From Carcharhinus longimanus (lineage: Eukaryota), in contig JASCQW010000190.1 of assembly GCA_030264375.1 (NCBI GenBank), positions 57,068,897-57,132,896 of the forward strand: 64,000 nucleotides of DNA, read 5' to 3'. Both the position numbers and the translations under genes were made by a program. Positions 25,353-37,921 of the stretch are shown here, one piece after another; the first letter of the stretch is position 1; each line of letters begins with the position of its first letter. The notes beneath the pieces were generated by a model. That model was not told where the DNA came from, did no database searches, and worked only from the letters and a program-made list of their open reading frames with translations.

Positions 25353-26849
25353 GTAGGTGCACAATCTTTTATATTGTGTTTTGTGATCTGGTATCCATTT
25401 TTCCCAGCGTGAATGCTTCAGACCTTGGCTAATTTGAGTACAGACGTAGTTGAATCAATGATCCATGTGTGTCGTAAGGGTGAATAGGGAATGCATATAC
25501 CCCTCTGTATGTTTAGGGTATCTTTAATTTTAACACACAATTTTGTGTTGACAAGGTGAGGAATATGTCCAAACTCAATGCCTAATTTTTCTGCACACGT
25601 TCTCTCTTTTCTAATAGAACTTCAAATGTTTAACCTTCCCTATTTCGGTGTATAGTATTTTTTTTTTCTGTATGTTTATCAAGGATCAAGGTGAGGTGTA
25701 TTTAGCCTTCCATGCTTAGCATCAAGCACTCTTGCTTTCTGGATTGTAAAACTATCGCAAATAGGCTTTAGTATTTGAGCTCATTTTAGAAATGCAGTGC
25801 AATTCATTATGAATCACTATAGTATGGAGACTCAGCATTGAGATTATTTTTTAGATGTAATCCATTGCATGCAACTAATTCAGTAATAACGATCTATTGA
25901 GAGTGATGGTGTGAGATGTAAGGCCTCACTGGCGCATTAGGGAGCGTCAGCTTCTGAGATTGGTGTTGATCGAGACTTGACATTAGGTGGTGTTAAAATG
26001 AGCTTTACTGTGTGTCTGTGTTAAGCTAGACACTTGACCCAAAAGTGCTATTTTAATGTTAGCAAGGTACATCAAAAGGAAAATGTTCTGACCTCCCTTA
26101 GGCAAAGGAACTGAGCACAAACATTCCCCCAGATAAAGCAAGCTAACCACCAGGAGTGTTAAACATGAATCTTAATTATCTGTTCAACCACCAGTCGCAT
26201 CTGTCTGTTTTTATGGTTGGTTAGCCTAGAGGTTTTGATTCCATGTTATTGGGGTTCTTGAATTGCAAACTTATTGGATTAGTTCTGCTGGGAGGATCAT
26301 TGACTTCCCCTGGGTGGGAAGAATCCTAGCCCCACCCCACCTCCGTGTCAGGTAGGCAGCTGCAGGTACTATCCATGAGCCAGACTGCAGGGCTCCTTCC
26401 AGACCCACTTGTTTCAGGCATTTAAGTATTGAGTTTGCCACGGAAGTCTGGCTTGACCTGATGTTATCATCAGTTGTGTCCCATCAAGACCAAAAGACCA
26501 TCAACTTTATTTCCTCACCACCCTCCACTACTTCCCAAAATAATGATATCTCATCATTACTTCTGTCCCAGTTTAAATTGGTTAGTTCTCTCGATTAAAG
26601 CATTTGACTCCTTCCCGAAAATTCCACGATCACAAACTTGTTCCCATCCTATGCAGTGTTACCAAAATACAGCCTTAACCTGGTGGGCTGCCTATCTTGC
26701 AGGCATTCATTGTATTTATAACAAGAAGGAATCTATCGTACAGCCTGTTTCTACTTGTAAAATGTACATTTTTTTCAATGTCGACCATGTACTCACCTTC
26801 TACACAGACTAACCCTCATAGGGATTAGAGGACCTAATCAGTTTCTCAT

Positions 26850-26869
26850 TCATTTGCATATGCAAATGA
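26850..26869. promoter_or_regulatory. Palindromic double octamer (candidate POU dimer site)
   Basis: TCATTTGCATATGCAAATGA, a perfect 20-bp palindrome with two ATGCAAAT octamers, in repeat-free sequence. Confidence 0.5.
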
Positions 26870-27454
26870 GGCTTGGTCAGTGTGTTTCTGCCCAGGTTTT
26901 AATCAAAACCTTGTGGAGGAAGAAAATAGAACTTTTTGATGCTTTCTCATTTTGAACAGTTTCCTGAGAGACAGGTAGACAATTCCCAGAATGTATCTTT
27001 ATTGCCTCCCCATGCTTGATGTGTCAGCGGGACATTCAGGGTTTTAGCACTCATCCCATAGGATAAACCTTCAAAGCTGCTGATTCCATTTTTATTGTAG
27101 AAGATGACAGCGATTAATGCCTTAACTGTGTGAATAACGGCACTGACTCTCCAAACAGATGATTATGCTTGAAATTTTTCTACAGTGCAGTCCCCTTCAC
27201 TTTTACTTTAAAGAATCTGCCAAGGTATCTAGTGCTTGCAGGAGTTCTATATGATCTGATTGATTAGGGTAGCCTGTTTGTCCAAACTTGAATAAAAAGA
27301 AAATCTGCGAGACCTCAATGACTCTTCATCGAGTCTATTGAACTAGCTGATCTCAGTCATGGCTACAATTGTGCAGCTAAAATTCACCTAAAAAGTTGAT
27401 TCTGTTGCTTTCCCTTTCCATCGTTCTCGTCTTGCCTCAAAATCAACATAACCC

Positions 27455-28447
27455 CTCCTGGATGAGGCTGGGGAGTTCATAGTGGGGAGCGCAGAAATAG
27501 CTGAGACACTGAATCAATACTTTGTCTCAGTTTTCACATCAGAGGATATGAGTACCATCCCAATAGTAACAGAAAATGCAGAGGTCATAGATTCAAACCG
27601 TTATCATCATTGGAGAAAAAGTACTGAGCAAACTATTGGGATTAAAAGTAGATAAGACCCAAAGCCTGGTGGCCTATGTCCTAGGGTCTGAAAGGAAGTA
27701 GTGTTTGAGATGATGCATCCACTGGTGACAATATTTTGAAATTTTTCTGGATGTGGGAGTAGTTCCAGTGGATTGGAAAAGCTCTAATGTATGACGTTTG
27801 GAACAAGAGACGACACCACAAAGAGGCTCAGAATGGGCAGGAACAGAAATAACCCAAAAAATAATGGAGGCACAAAGAGGAAACTATGGGCCAAATAGTT
27901 TAACATCTGTCATTGGGAAATTGTTAGAATCCATTATGAAGGAAGTAATAACAAGCCATTTAGAAAGTCAAAATGCAATTCATCAGAGTCAGCATGGTCT
28001 TATGTTGGGCAAATCATGTTTGACTAATTTGCTTGATTTCTTCGAAGATGTAGCAAGCAATGATGACCCTGTGGAGGTAGTATATCTGGACTTCCAGAAG
28101 GCATTTGATAAGAAGCCACACAGAAGACTAATACAGAAAATTAGTTCACATGGGGTTAGGGGTAATTTATTAGTTTGTATACAGGATTAGCTAACCAACA
28201 GAATGCAAAGAGTTCAGATAAATGGGTCTTTTTTGGGTTGACAAGATATAACTAGTGGGGGTGCCACAGAGTTTGTTCCTCAGACCCCAACTATTTACAA
28301 TTGCTATTAATGACTTGGATGCAGGGATGACAAGTGCCATTGCCAAATTGACAGATAATACTAAAATAGGTGGGATAGTAAGTTATAATAAAGTAAGAAA
28401 TTTACAAGTGAATATGGATAGGTTAAGTGAATGGGGCAAAATTTGCT
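27455..28447 (+). mobile_element. CR1 ORF2 RT fragment
   Basis: GNYGPNSLTSVIGKLLESI...GKSCLTNLLDFFED...VYLDFQKAFDK, GVPQ, INDLD, DNTKIGG. Confidence 0.92.
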
Positions 28448-30054
28448 AATGCAACCTATTACCAGCATTTCAGGTGATGACTGATGACGAGATGAGACTT
28501 TTTGGAGAAGGAAGAAATGCAATCTCTTCCAAGGTGGAGGAATGTCATAGGCCAAAGCTGGGAGGCCAGAGTCAATATGTGGGATCTAGGGGTTGATGAA
28601 CTTAGAGATAGGGATGTACATGGCCATGGGTGGAGTTGTAAAGGAGGACCAAGATTTTGAAGACTGCATTATAGGAAGAGCAAACTAGTCAACTTTGGTG
28701 AGTGACGGAGGCCAACGAGAGGTTTAATGGAATAATCAAAAACAGAGGATGTATGAGGAGCATCCAGTCCTACTTCTGATAAACATTCTCTCCTCTACTG
28801 TCTGCACAAATTCCTCTGCTGTCTCTTCCTTAATACAAACAAGAACATCCCTAATACAACCACTTTGATCTGGCCTCAGTCACAATTCTTCGCCTTTTGT
28901 GTACCATTGCTCAGTATTGGATTATTTTTGTTCCTGTCCATTCTGCGGCTCTTTGTGGTGTTGTCTCTTGTTCCAAATGCCATACATGTTGCTGAGATCA
29001 ATGATCTGTTAAAGCTGCATTGATTAGCAGTGAATGTTGGGGGCTTCCTGACGTGAAGGGATCAGATTTATATGGAATTGAATGTATGCCTCTGTCCAAT
29101 TAAGCAAAACTCTAGGTGGTTGTGAGGCCCTGAATTGAAGCTGTATACCTGCTGGGCAGTGTTGTCTGCTCGCTTTTTTGTGTAGCCGAGCACCTACGTT
29201 TGACTAAGTAGGTATTTTTTCCCCAAGGGTGTATCTCAGATGAAGGCTTTATTAGATCTTCTGATGAATTTCTTCGATTGGATTCCCTTGTGCTGTGGAT
29301 CCCTGCTGAGAGTCAGAGCTCACTCCCACCACTGAGATTAATTGGAACTGTCATTGCCTGTCAAAGTGCTCACAGCTTTATGAAGCCTGCATTTATGTGG
29401 AAAATTCGTTGTCGTCACATTCAAGCTTTTTAAGTAGTTGACGTCTGATATGGCATCCATGGAAACAGACTGAATTTTCATTGCAGTGTACTTTAGTAAA
29501 CAAGAGCAATGAGCAGACATAATCTGGGCATTAAAAGGTACAGAAGTGCTATAATTGCACATCTTGTGGCACTTTAATTCCAACACCCGTGAACTCCACT
29601 CCTGTTTATGCTCGTTGTATGTTTAGTCAGGAACAACTATATTTTGACAGACGCTGCAGAGAAACACACTTGGTTGTCGGCTAATTGGTTCTCAACCTTG
29701 TTGAAAAAACAGTTGTCTCTGGTGGGTCTGTCTCATCAGTGGAGGGTGTCTCGCTAACACAGCAGCAGTTTTAATCATCTGCGATGTTCCTCAACAGTTA
29801 ATCAAGCTCGCACTTTCCAACTAGAGCACAGAGTTCGAGATACCTGTTAAAGGCTTCTTGGCAAGCTGACACAAACTTGGCAAAGTGTATAGTTCAATTA
29901 AATTCTCCCACATTAGCTTGAACTTTTTGCTGTTATAAATAGAACGCTGAAGGGTTTGTAAGTTGTTTCTTCCTCTGACGGCATCTGATATTCTGCATCC
30001 CTGCCTGAGAAGGTCCCCAGGCATCATGTTCACAGGACTCATTCAGCTCCACAA

Positions 30055-30360
30055 TATAATAGCTTACATAAAGAAAAACTTACATTTTGCAACACCTCCA
30101 AAGCACTTTCCAGCCAGTGAAGTACTTTTGAAATTAATCCACTTTGTAATGCAAGAAACACAGCAACCAATTTGTGAACAGCTAGATCCCAAAATGTCAT
30201 ACTGACCAGATAACCCACCATGGGATTTTTTTATGTCTTTCTGAGATGTGAGACAGCATCTCAGTTTAACATTAATCTGAGAAATGGCATTTCTGACTGT
30301 GCAGCAATCCCAATGGGAGTGGCAACCCAGCTTTTGTGCATAAATCACTTGAGTGGGGTA
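30055..30360 (-). mobile_element. Deu-domain SINE
   Basis: aaagcactttccagccagtgaagtacttttgaa...gaaacacagcaaccaatttgtg. Confidence 0.6.
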
Positions 30361-31459
30361 ATTTACATAAAAAAACTGGTGACGTTCTTGTGCATAACTG
30401 TTACAATCACAGGTGCCTGAAATGAAAAACTGGCACTCTGCAAAGAGAATTTGTGTGGGTGAACATCAGTTTGAACTTCCATACATACACCTAATTTTTA
30501 AAGGCAGCAGGACTTTTCCTGTCTTTTGCTGTTACTCTGAATGACTGAGCAGCTGCTCCCGCAACCAGACTGTCCAATTGAAAAGACCACGACAGGTCAC
30601 TGGATTCTTCTGATCTTGGCTCCAGCATGTCGGTACAATAGAATGGCTGAATTTCCAAGCTACCATATCCTGCCCGAAGCCTACAATGTAGCACCCATGT
30701 ACGTTCATGTCAACCTGCTGTACGTGAGCAGCTTTGGGCTTGCTAGAAGCTTGAATGTTCCATATGCCGAACTTAATACTGGCTTCCCATTCACCAACAC
30801 ATTCAACTCCAGCTCTTTGTCCTTTAGATAACAAATCGATCCCAGTATGAGAGCCATATCTCTGCAAGTTGTCCAGATGCCGAAGAGCAAGATTTGTCTC
30901 TAATTACGAACACAATCTCACTCCATTTCGTTTCCAATTTCTGCCTGTTGTTCTTGTACTTATTTTGTGAACCCTTGAAACATTTAAAGGTGATTTACGC
31001 AATTGGATGTTGTACTTGATTGTCAGATCCCCACTTCGATTTGTACACCTTGAAGAATATTGAAATTAACTTGAAAAATCAATCGAACACTATTCTGAAT
31101 GCATCTAAATGTTTTCAGACAGGACAAAGTTCAGGCTTTTGAAATGCAACACAGGCAGATGGTCTAGTTTACTTGTAACTATCTGAATGAGAATTTATAC
31201 TGGTGTCACATTACTTTGCATTCTTTGGAATGGAAATATCATTTTTTTCTGACTGCATCAGTGATTTAAGCTAACCGCATATTGCATTAATAACATTGTA
31301 GACAAAATTGCATTACAGGAAGAATTAGAAATTGGCAGGAAGAAGTCTGTCTTCCTGCCGTCTAATGAGAGGAATGAATGTGACTCTTTAAATAGGGTAT
31401 ATAGGGGAGTCATTAGCTTCATGTTAAAGTTCAAAAACTGTAGTAAGAATTCTCATGAG

Positions 31460-31730
31460 GGCTCAGTTGGTGAAAGTAAGTGTGTAATTGAGTCATACAG
31501 GAGAGAAGATCCAAACGTCACTCCTGGTCTGTGCTTTGCTGGCTGTTCTCAAATGGGGCCACCGTAGGGGGTTCTTTACTATTGGTCTTTGTGCCAGAGG
31601 ATTATAGCAAGGGCCCTGTTGAAAGTGTGTTGAGGGCAAGCTCAGGCTCAGCCATGACTCCCTCCATACCAACCTTCATTGGTCCTGTGGGTGAACCTGG
31701 TGCCTGACAAACCACTCCTTCAGGAGTGCA
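31460..31730 (+). mobile_element. Old tRNA-derived SINE (unnamed family)
   Basis: Head gctcagttgg...ctcctggtctgtgct; related decayed copies at about 49765-49990, 58030-58260 and 2480-2590(-). Confidence 0.45.
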
Positions 31731-32096
31731 AGTGGGAGATAATTGACCCAGAAGAAAATTCATTGAGACACCAAAAATCTCCCCAGATTTACACCATTTG
31801 GTTCATCCTAAGAATGAACATACGTAGAAATTTTCATGTGCCCATAAAAAATGAAATTACTTCAAGAAAGTGACATTTATTAAATGCTGGGAAAGAGGTA
31901 GCAAACCTGGAGGCAGGACAGCTGGGTGATGTGCTTGGAGAGTTGGTGGAAATGTAGGTAATGCTGGCAAATCTCGAGCCAGATCGTAAATCAGTAATGT
32001 TTATGCACATACAGTACATGGGTCAAATTACCATTGTTGTAATATTGTATACTTTTGTCCAATTTCTCTGATTCAGAGGTTTGAATTTGGGTGAGA

Positions 32097-32462
32097 TGGT
32101 GGCACAGTGATAATGTCACTGGACTCATAATGCAGATGCTCTGACTACTGCTGTGATGACAAATGTTCAAATCTTACAACAGCTGAATAAATGTTCAATC
32201 ATGAATATAATCTGGAATTAAAAGCTAGTCTAAGTAATAGTGAACTTGAAAATGTTGTCAGTTGTTATAAAACCCTAATGTCCTTTAGGGAAAGAAATCT
32301 GCCATCCTTTTCCAATTTGGCCTACGTGTGACTCCAGACCCACAGCAAAGTGGTTGATTCTTAACAACCCTCTGAAATAGCTTAGCTATTCAAATCAAGA
32401 TCAGTTAGGGATGGGCATCAAATGCTGACGTTGTTAGTGACACCCATACAAAAGAATTAAAA
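32097..32462 (+). mobile_element. tRNA-headed SINE (family T), full length
   Basis: Collinear with 20202-20575, including tail ttagggatgggcatcaaatgctg. Confidence 0.8.
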
Positions 32463-32924
32463 AATTGTGGTACTTGCGCAGGTGAAGTTTTGTCAAAATC
32501 CTTGGAACTTCCTGGTGCAATTTTTGTGATCTGCATGAGATGGTGTCAGTACTTATGACAGCAGAATCCAGTTAGCTATTCTTCACCTGTCTCGAATCTC
32601 CAGCAGATAGTTGGGGATGGTGGGGACAGTGATGTGAGTTTGGATGGTTGTGTGGCAGGTAGGTTCAGTATTCTGCCTATTGCAGAACAGGTGTGCTGTT
32701 TGTGATCTGCAGTAGGGCGTATAATAGAACATATTTTTGGCTTGATGGAATCATCCTGTTGGTGGAAAACGCCACTTGTCTTGCCAGTGCAAAGTAGCAG
32801 CATGAAATGGCTAACTTTACCTGCTCTGATTAACTAATCCCCTTCTAGGGTGATTTGAGGTGGATTGAGCATTTTTCAGGACTGAAGGCCCTTGAGCCAT
32901 TTTGTGGGTAAGAGCAATACACTT

Positions 32925-33275
32925 AGCATTGATCCAATCAGAGTAGCCACTCTTTATGCAGCAAGTGAAGCTAGCCATTTCGGACTGTGCTCAGCCAGCC
33001 TATGTTTGCGTAGCTCAGGACATAATGTCTCATGTTAGATGTGATTCTGAGTGTGCTAAGAGTGATAGTAACAACCAATTTAAGATCTTCAGTTGGGCTC
33101 ACAGTGGGGTTCACTTATTCTTGCTCTGCAGGCACAAGAAACATGTCAAGATATTTAGCCCTTTTTGAATTCATCAAAGGCATAGGGGACAATTGCTGCC
33201 TGGTACTTTCTCCATCGTAATGCTTCAACCAACCAGAGTCAATTTAACCAACCAATTTGTACTCTCTTATGTTTT
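32925..33275 (+). mobile_element. Penelope-like element (second family), 3' end
   Basis: ORF 32956 (VRCDSECAKS...NQFKIFSWAH..VHL..LCRHKKHV) resembles a Penelope endonuclease C-terminus; its end matches the pLTR at 58655-58810. Confidence 0.6.
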
Positions 33276-33324
33276 TATTATGTTATATATTTTATTCATC
33301 CACAATAAATTGATATTGCTGACA

Positions 33325-33945
33325 TGATCAGCTTTTATTACCAATCCCTAACTGCCCTTGAGAAGGTGGCGTTGACAGCTGTCGCCTTGAACTGCAGTAG
33401 TCTATCTACTGTGTACACCCACAGTGCTGTTAGGGAGGGAGTTCAGGATTGGTGACCCCAGGATGTTGATGCAGTTGATGATGGTAATGGTGTTAAATGT
33501 AAAGAAGAGGTGGTTAAATCCTCTTGTTGAAGATGGCATGAATGTTACTTGCAAGCCTGAATATTGTCCAGGTTCCGCTCATGCAGTCGTGGATTGCAGC
33601 AGTATTTGAGGAGTTATAAATGGAACTGAATACTGCGATCATTGGCTAACATCCCCACTCCTGACCTTTTGATGGAAGGATGATCTTTGATTAGGCTGAG
33701 CTTAAGACACTGCCATGAAGAATTCCTGCATTAGTGTCCTGCGACTAAGATGATTGGCCTCCAATAACCACAGCCGTTTTCTTTGTACTAAGTATTTGGC
33801 AATGGTCTCGATCAACCTTGCTTGGATTGTCACATTCAGTCAAATGCTGCGTTAATGTAAATGGCAGTCACTCTTTCCTCACTCGCTGATTTCAGCTCAT
33901 TTGTCCATGTTTGGGTCAAGGTAATGACACCTGGAACCAAATGAT
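33325..33945 (-). mobile_element. Family-T LINE 3' fragment
   Basis: Collinear with 60170-61340, with deletions. Confidence 0.7.
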
Positions 33946-33985
33946 TCTAGCCAAATCTAATAATCAGTGTTCCCTTCCATCACTT

Positions 33986-34331
33986 GGGCGGCACGGTAGC
34001 ACAGTGGTTAGCACTGCTGCTTCACAGCTCCAGGGGCCAGGATTCGATTCCCGGTTTGAGTCATTGTCTGTGTGGAGTTTGCACATTCTCCTTGTGCCTG
34101 TGTGGGTTTCCTCTGGGTGTTCCAGTTTCCTCCGACAGTCCAAAGATGTGCAGGTTAGGTTGATTGGCCATGCTAAAATTGCCCCTTAGTGTCCTGAGAT
34201 GTGTAGATTAGAGGGATTAGCAGGTAAATATGTAGGGATATGGGGGTAGGGCCTGGGTGGGATTGTGGTTGATGCAGACTCGATGGGCCAAATGGCCTCT
34301 TTCTGCACTCTAGGGTATCTATGATTCTATG
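33986..34331 (+). mobile_element. HE1 SINE, full length
   Basis: gggcggcacggtagcacagtggttagcactg head, V-domain, CR1-type tail gatgggccaaatggcctctttctgcact...(tctatgat). Confidence 0.9.
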
Positions 34332-34399
34332 GAAGAAAGTCTTGCATTAATATAATGGCTTTCATAACCTCAGGATTTCCCAAAATGCCATGCAACCAA

Positions 34400-35620
34400 A
34401 GACATACCTACTTCACCGAGGCTGAGTGCCAACCTGCACACACTTCCTTCTACCTGTCCCTGGACCATGACCCCACCATCAAGCATCAAGTCATTATTTC
34501 TAGGACTATAACTGGCGTCATCTTCTGTGAAGACCTTCCCTCCACAACTTCCAACCTCAGTCTCCCAACCCCTGACAGCCTGCTTCAACTTCTTCCCAAA
34601 AACCACAAACAGGACGGTCCTGGGAGGTCCAATATGTCAGTCTGTTCCTGCCCCGCTGACCCCATTTCTTCTTACCTTGATTCCATTCTCTCCCCTCTTA
34701 TCCCTTCCCACCTGCATTGACGATTCCTCTGATGCCCGACGTCATATCGACAATACTAATTGCCCGGTTGTAAGCAACTCCTCTTTACCACCCAATCCCT
34801 TTATAAAACCATCCTACACCAGGATGGCCTGAGAGATGTCTGCATCTTTCGAACAGAGGCCTGAACAATCCCCATCCACTGCCACTCGCCTCCATCTGGA
34901 TGAACTTGGTCTTTCATTCAGCAATTTCTCCTTTAACTTGTTTAACTTACTGCAAGTAAAATGCTAGACTATGGGCACCCATGTGGGTCCTAGCTTTACT
35001 GTCTTTTTATGGGGTGTGTGGAACATTCCTTGTTCCAATCCTGCTCAAGCTCCCTCCCATAACTTTTTATCAGTAAATCAATGACTATTTTCATGTCACT
35101 TCATGCTCTCATCTGGAACCAGAGACATTTATCAATTTTGCTTCCTATTTTCACCCATTTATCATCTTCAATGGTCCATTTTTGACATTTCCCTTCCTTG
35201 ACCTTTTTCCATTTCTGATAATTGACTGCCGACCAATATCCATTACAAGCCTACCAACTCCCACAGCTGCCTTGACTACAGCTCTTCACGCTCCACATCT
35301 GTAAGGACTCCATCCCATTCTCTGAGTTCCTTTGCCTCCGCCCTATCTGTTCTGATGATGCCATTGTGACTAAAGGCATCAAGGGGTCGGAGAGAAAGTG
35401 GGAATGGGATACTGAAAGTGCATATTAGCCATGATCATGCTGAATGATGGTGCAGGCTCGAAGGGCCGAATGGCCCACTCCTGCACCTATTTTCTATGTT
35501 TCTATGATATCATAATATCCCATCCAAGGTCAATAGACCTTTCCATGCTCTGCTCCTCACCCATTCCTATTCCAGTAGCGGGTGGGACAGTAAGATTCTG
35601 GCTATACCCTCTTTCACCTT
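34400..35620 (+). mobile_element. Penelope-like element RT relic, interrupted by a CR1 tail (35366-35506)
   Basis: YLSLDHDPT...LLPKNHKQDGPGR....SCP...ISSYLDSILSP; later MGT.VGPS, LPFLD and YKPTNSH..LDYSS motifs. Confidence 0.85.
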
Positions 35621-35775
35621 CATCTGTCGGGAAAAAGATAAAAAGTCTGAGAAGATGTACCAACCAACTCTACAGCAGCCTCTCCCTTGCTGCCATCACA
35701 TTTCTGAATTGACTCACCTTATATTAAGCTGATCTCTCTCTTCACCCTATCTGTGACTGTAACATTACAACTGTA
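35620..35775 (+). mobile_element. Rex1/Babar LINE 3' end
   Basis: SVGKKIKSLRRCTNQLYSSLSLAAITFLN resembles the Rex1 C-terminus PSGRRYRSL..RTNRLKNSFFP.AIRLLN. Confidence 0.65.
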
Positions 35776-35904
35776 CGTGTACCTTAAATCTGAGTAGAAA
35801 TCAAAGCTAAACATTCAGCGGCAATCAATGCCATTCAGACGATATTTTCATGTTTAAAACTCTTTTAGTTAACCAACATATTTTCAAGTTTCTTAAAATA
35901 GATT

Positions 35905-36225
35905 CCTACAGAGAATTCTACTGTGCAGAAGGAGAACAGTTGGCCCATCGATTCTGCACTGGCCATAATCCCACCCGGACATTATTCCCATAACCTCATG
36001 TATTCATCCAAGTTAGTCCCCCTGACTAGATAAAGGCAATTTAGCATGGCCGATCAACCTAACTCACACATCTTTAGACCGTGGGAGGAAACTGGAGCAC
36101 CCAGGAGAAACTCATACAGACACAGGGAGAACATACAAACTCCACATAGACAGTCACCTTAGGCTGGAATTGAACTTGGGACCCTGGTGCTGTGGGGCAG
36201 CAGTGCTAACTACTGTGCCACCCAC
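35905..36225 (-). mobile_element. HE1 SINE
   Basis: Reverse-complement HE1 head and CR1-type tail. Confidence 0.82.
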
Positions 36226-36367
36226 ACTCATTTGCAAGAGAAATTTATTTTGATTAATAACTGTAAAAACAGATAGACCATGTTGTGTATTGGAGTAATG
36301 ATGCTAGGAAGCATCATTAACAGAGCTTTATTTACAGGGTGGTGTAGTATGTGGCTACTTCTTCACT

Positions 36368-36670
36368 GGGGCAGCATAGTGACACAATGGTTAGCACTGT
36401 TGCCTCATAGCACCTGGGACCTAGACTCAATTCTCAGCTTGAGTCATTGCCTGTGTGGAATCTGCATGTTCTCCTCGTGTCTGCGTGGGGTTCCTCCGGG
36501 TGCCCCAGTTTCCTCTCACAGTCTAAAGACGTGCTGGTTAGATGCATTGGCCACGCTAAATTCTCTGTCAGTTTACCCGAACAGGTGCCGGAGTGTGGCA
36601 ACGAGGGGATTTTCACGGTCATTTCATTCCATGTAACTGTAAGCCTACTAATGACACTAATAAATAAACT
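36368..36670 (+). mobile_element. V-SINE (alternative tail)
   Basis: Same family as 6746-7050. Confidence 0.85.
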
Positions 36671-37104
36671 TTGGAAAAAAAAGGTGGCAGTTTGCCATGC
36701 TAACAACTGGTGACGTCACCTTCAGTGAATACATGAAGACAACAATACACAGTTTTGTTCGGCTACCAAGAATTGATACTAATACATAACAGACCAGGCC
36801 ATAGGCCATGAGTGCTGCATTATAGAAAGAAATATAGCATTTAAACAGCCTTACTCATATTTTCAAATCCGAACCCCAACAAGCTATGCAGCAAATTAGT
36901 TACAGTTATCCTTTGGCAGCTTAATGCAGCAGGTACTGGCTAAGGGATGAATGCTAACCAAGGCATCTTGAGAGCTTTGTGCTCTTCTTCAAATATTGCC
37001 TTGGGAGCTTTTTTTCTACCTAAGAGGCAGACAAGGCCTTGGCTCAAATCCTCATTGAAAGATCACACTTCCTTCAGGAATTGCTCTGACTCAGTCAAGA
37101 TTAT

Positions 37105-37378
37105 AAGTTAAAGTTTTTAAGTTTATTTATTAGTCACAGGTGATGCTTACACTGCAATGAAGTTACTTTGAAATTTCCCCAGTCGCCACACTCCAGCTCC
37201 AGTTCAGGTCAATGCATCTAACCAGCACATCATTGAGACTGTGGGAGAAAACGGGGGCACCTGAAGAAAACCCATGCAGACACGAGGAGAATGTGCAAAC
37301 TCCACACAGACAGTGACCCAAGCCGGGAATCGAATCCAGGTCCCTGGTGCTGGGAGGGATATTAACCACTGCGCCACC
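37105..37378 (-). mobile_element. V-SINE (alternative tail)
   Basis: Reverse-complement head and tail. Confidence 0.85.
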
Positions 37379-37921
37379 TCCTAAGTTGGATTTTCCTTGT
37401 TATTTTCAGTGCCTGTATGAATCAGAACGTTATTTTAAACAGGTAAATTTCTGGATTGATTCCACAAATTCACCACCTTTCTCCTACTACAGTACTTATT
37501 GCTAGGCTGGATTTACAGGTGAGGAAAACAGGAACTAAAATAGACCTGCCTTAGGATTATTGTGATAGAGAATGAGGTAGAAGTTTACAACCGTGTGGTC
37601 CTTCACAGAAAGACAAAGAGGATTACATGGGCCTTCAGCCTGGTACTGGTAAGATGCTGCCAATCCTGCCATCACTCACTGAAAGTTCTGAATATGTTCT
37701 CACAAGCTCCTCATTGCACATTCTTCGAAAAGGTTAAGTCTGGGGAAGGCTCCCTCGATGACAAGATTGTCAAAAATTCCCAGCACAGTCTATTCTGGAA
37801 GATTAAATGAATAAAACTAACGGAAGGAGAGTCACATCCCTCTGGGTAGCGTAGGTGATATATTTGGATGATCTGCTAACACACAATCCAGAAGTATGTT
37901 CTACTTGTCTTCAATTCCTTC

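Noticed and set aside
27020-27065. Minus-strand GMSAKTL resembling the POLQ GMSATLPN motif
   Set aside because: Only four residues match; no flanking similarity and wrong position relative to the exon order
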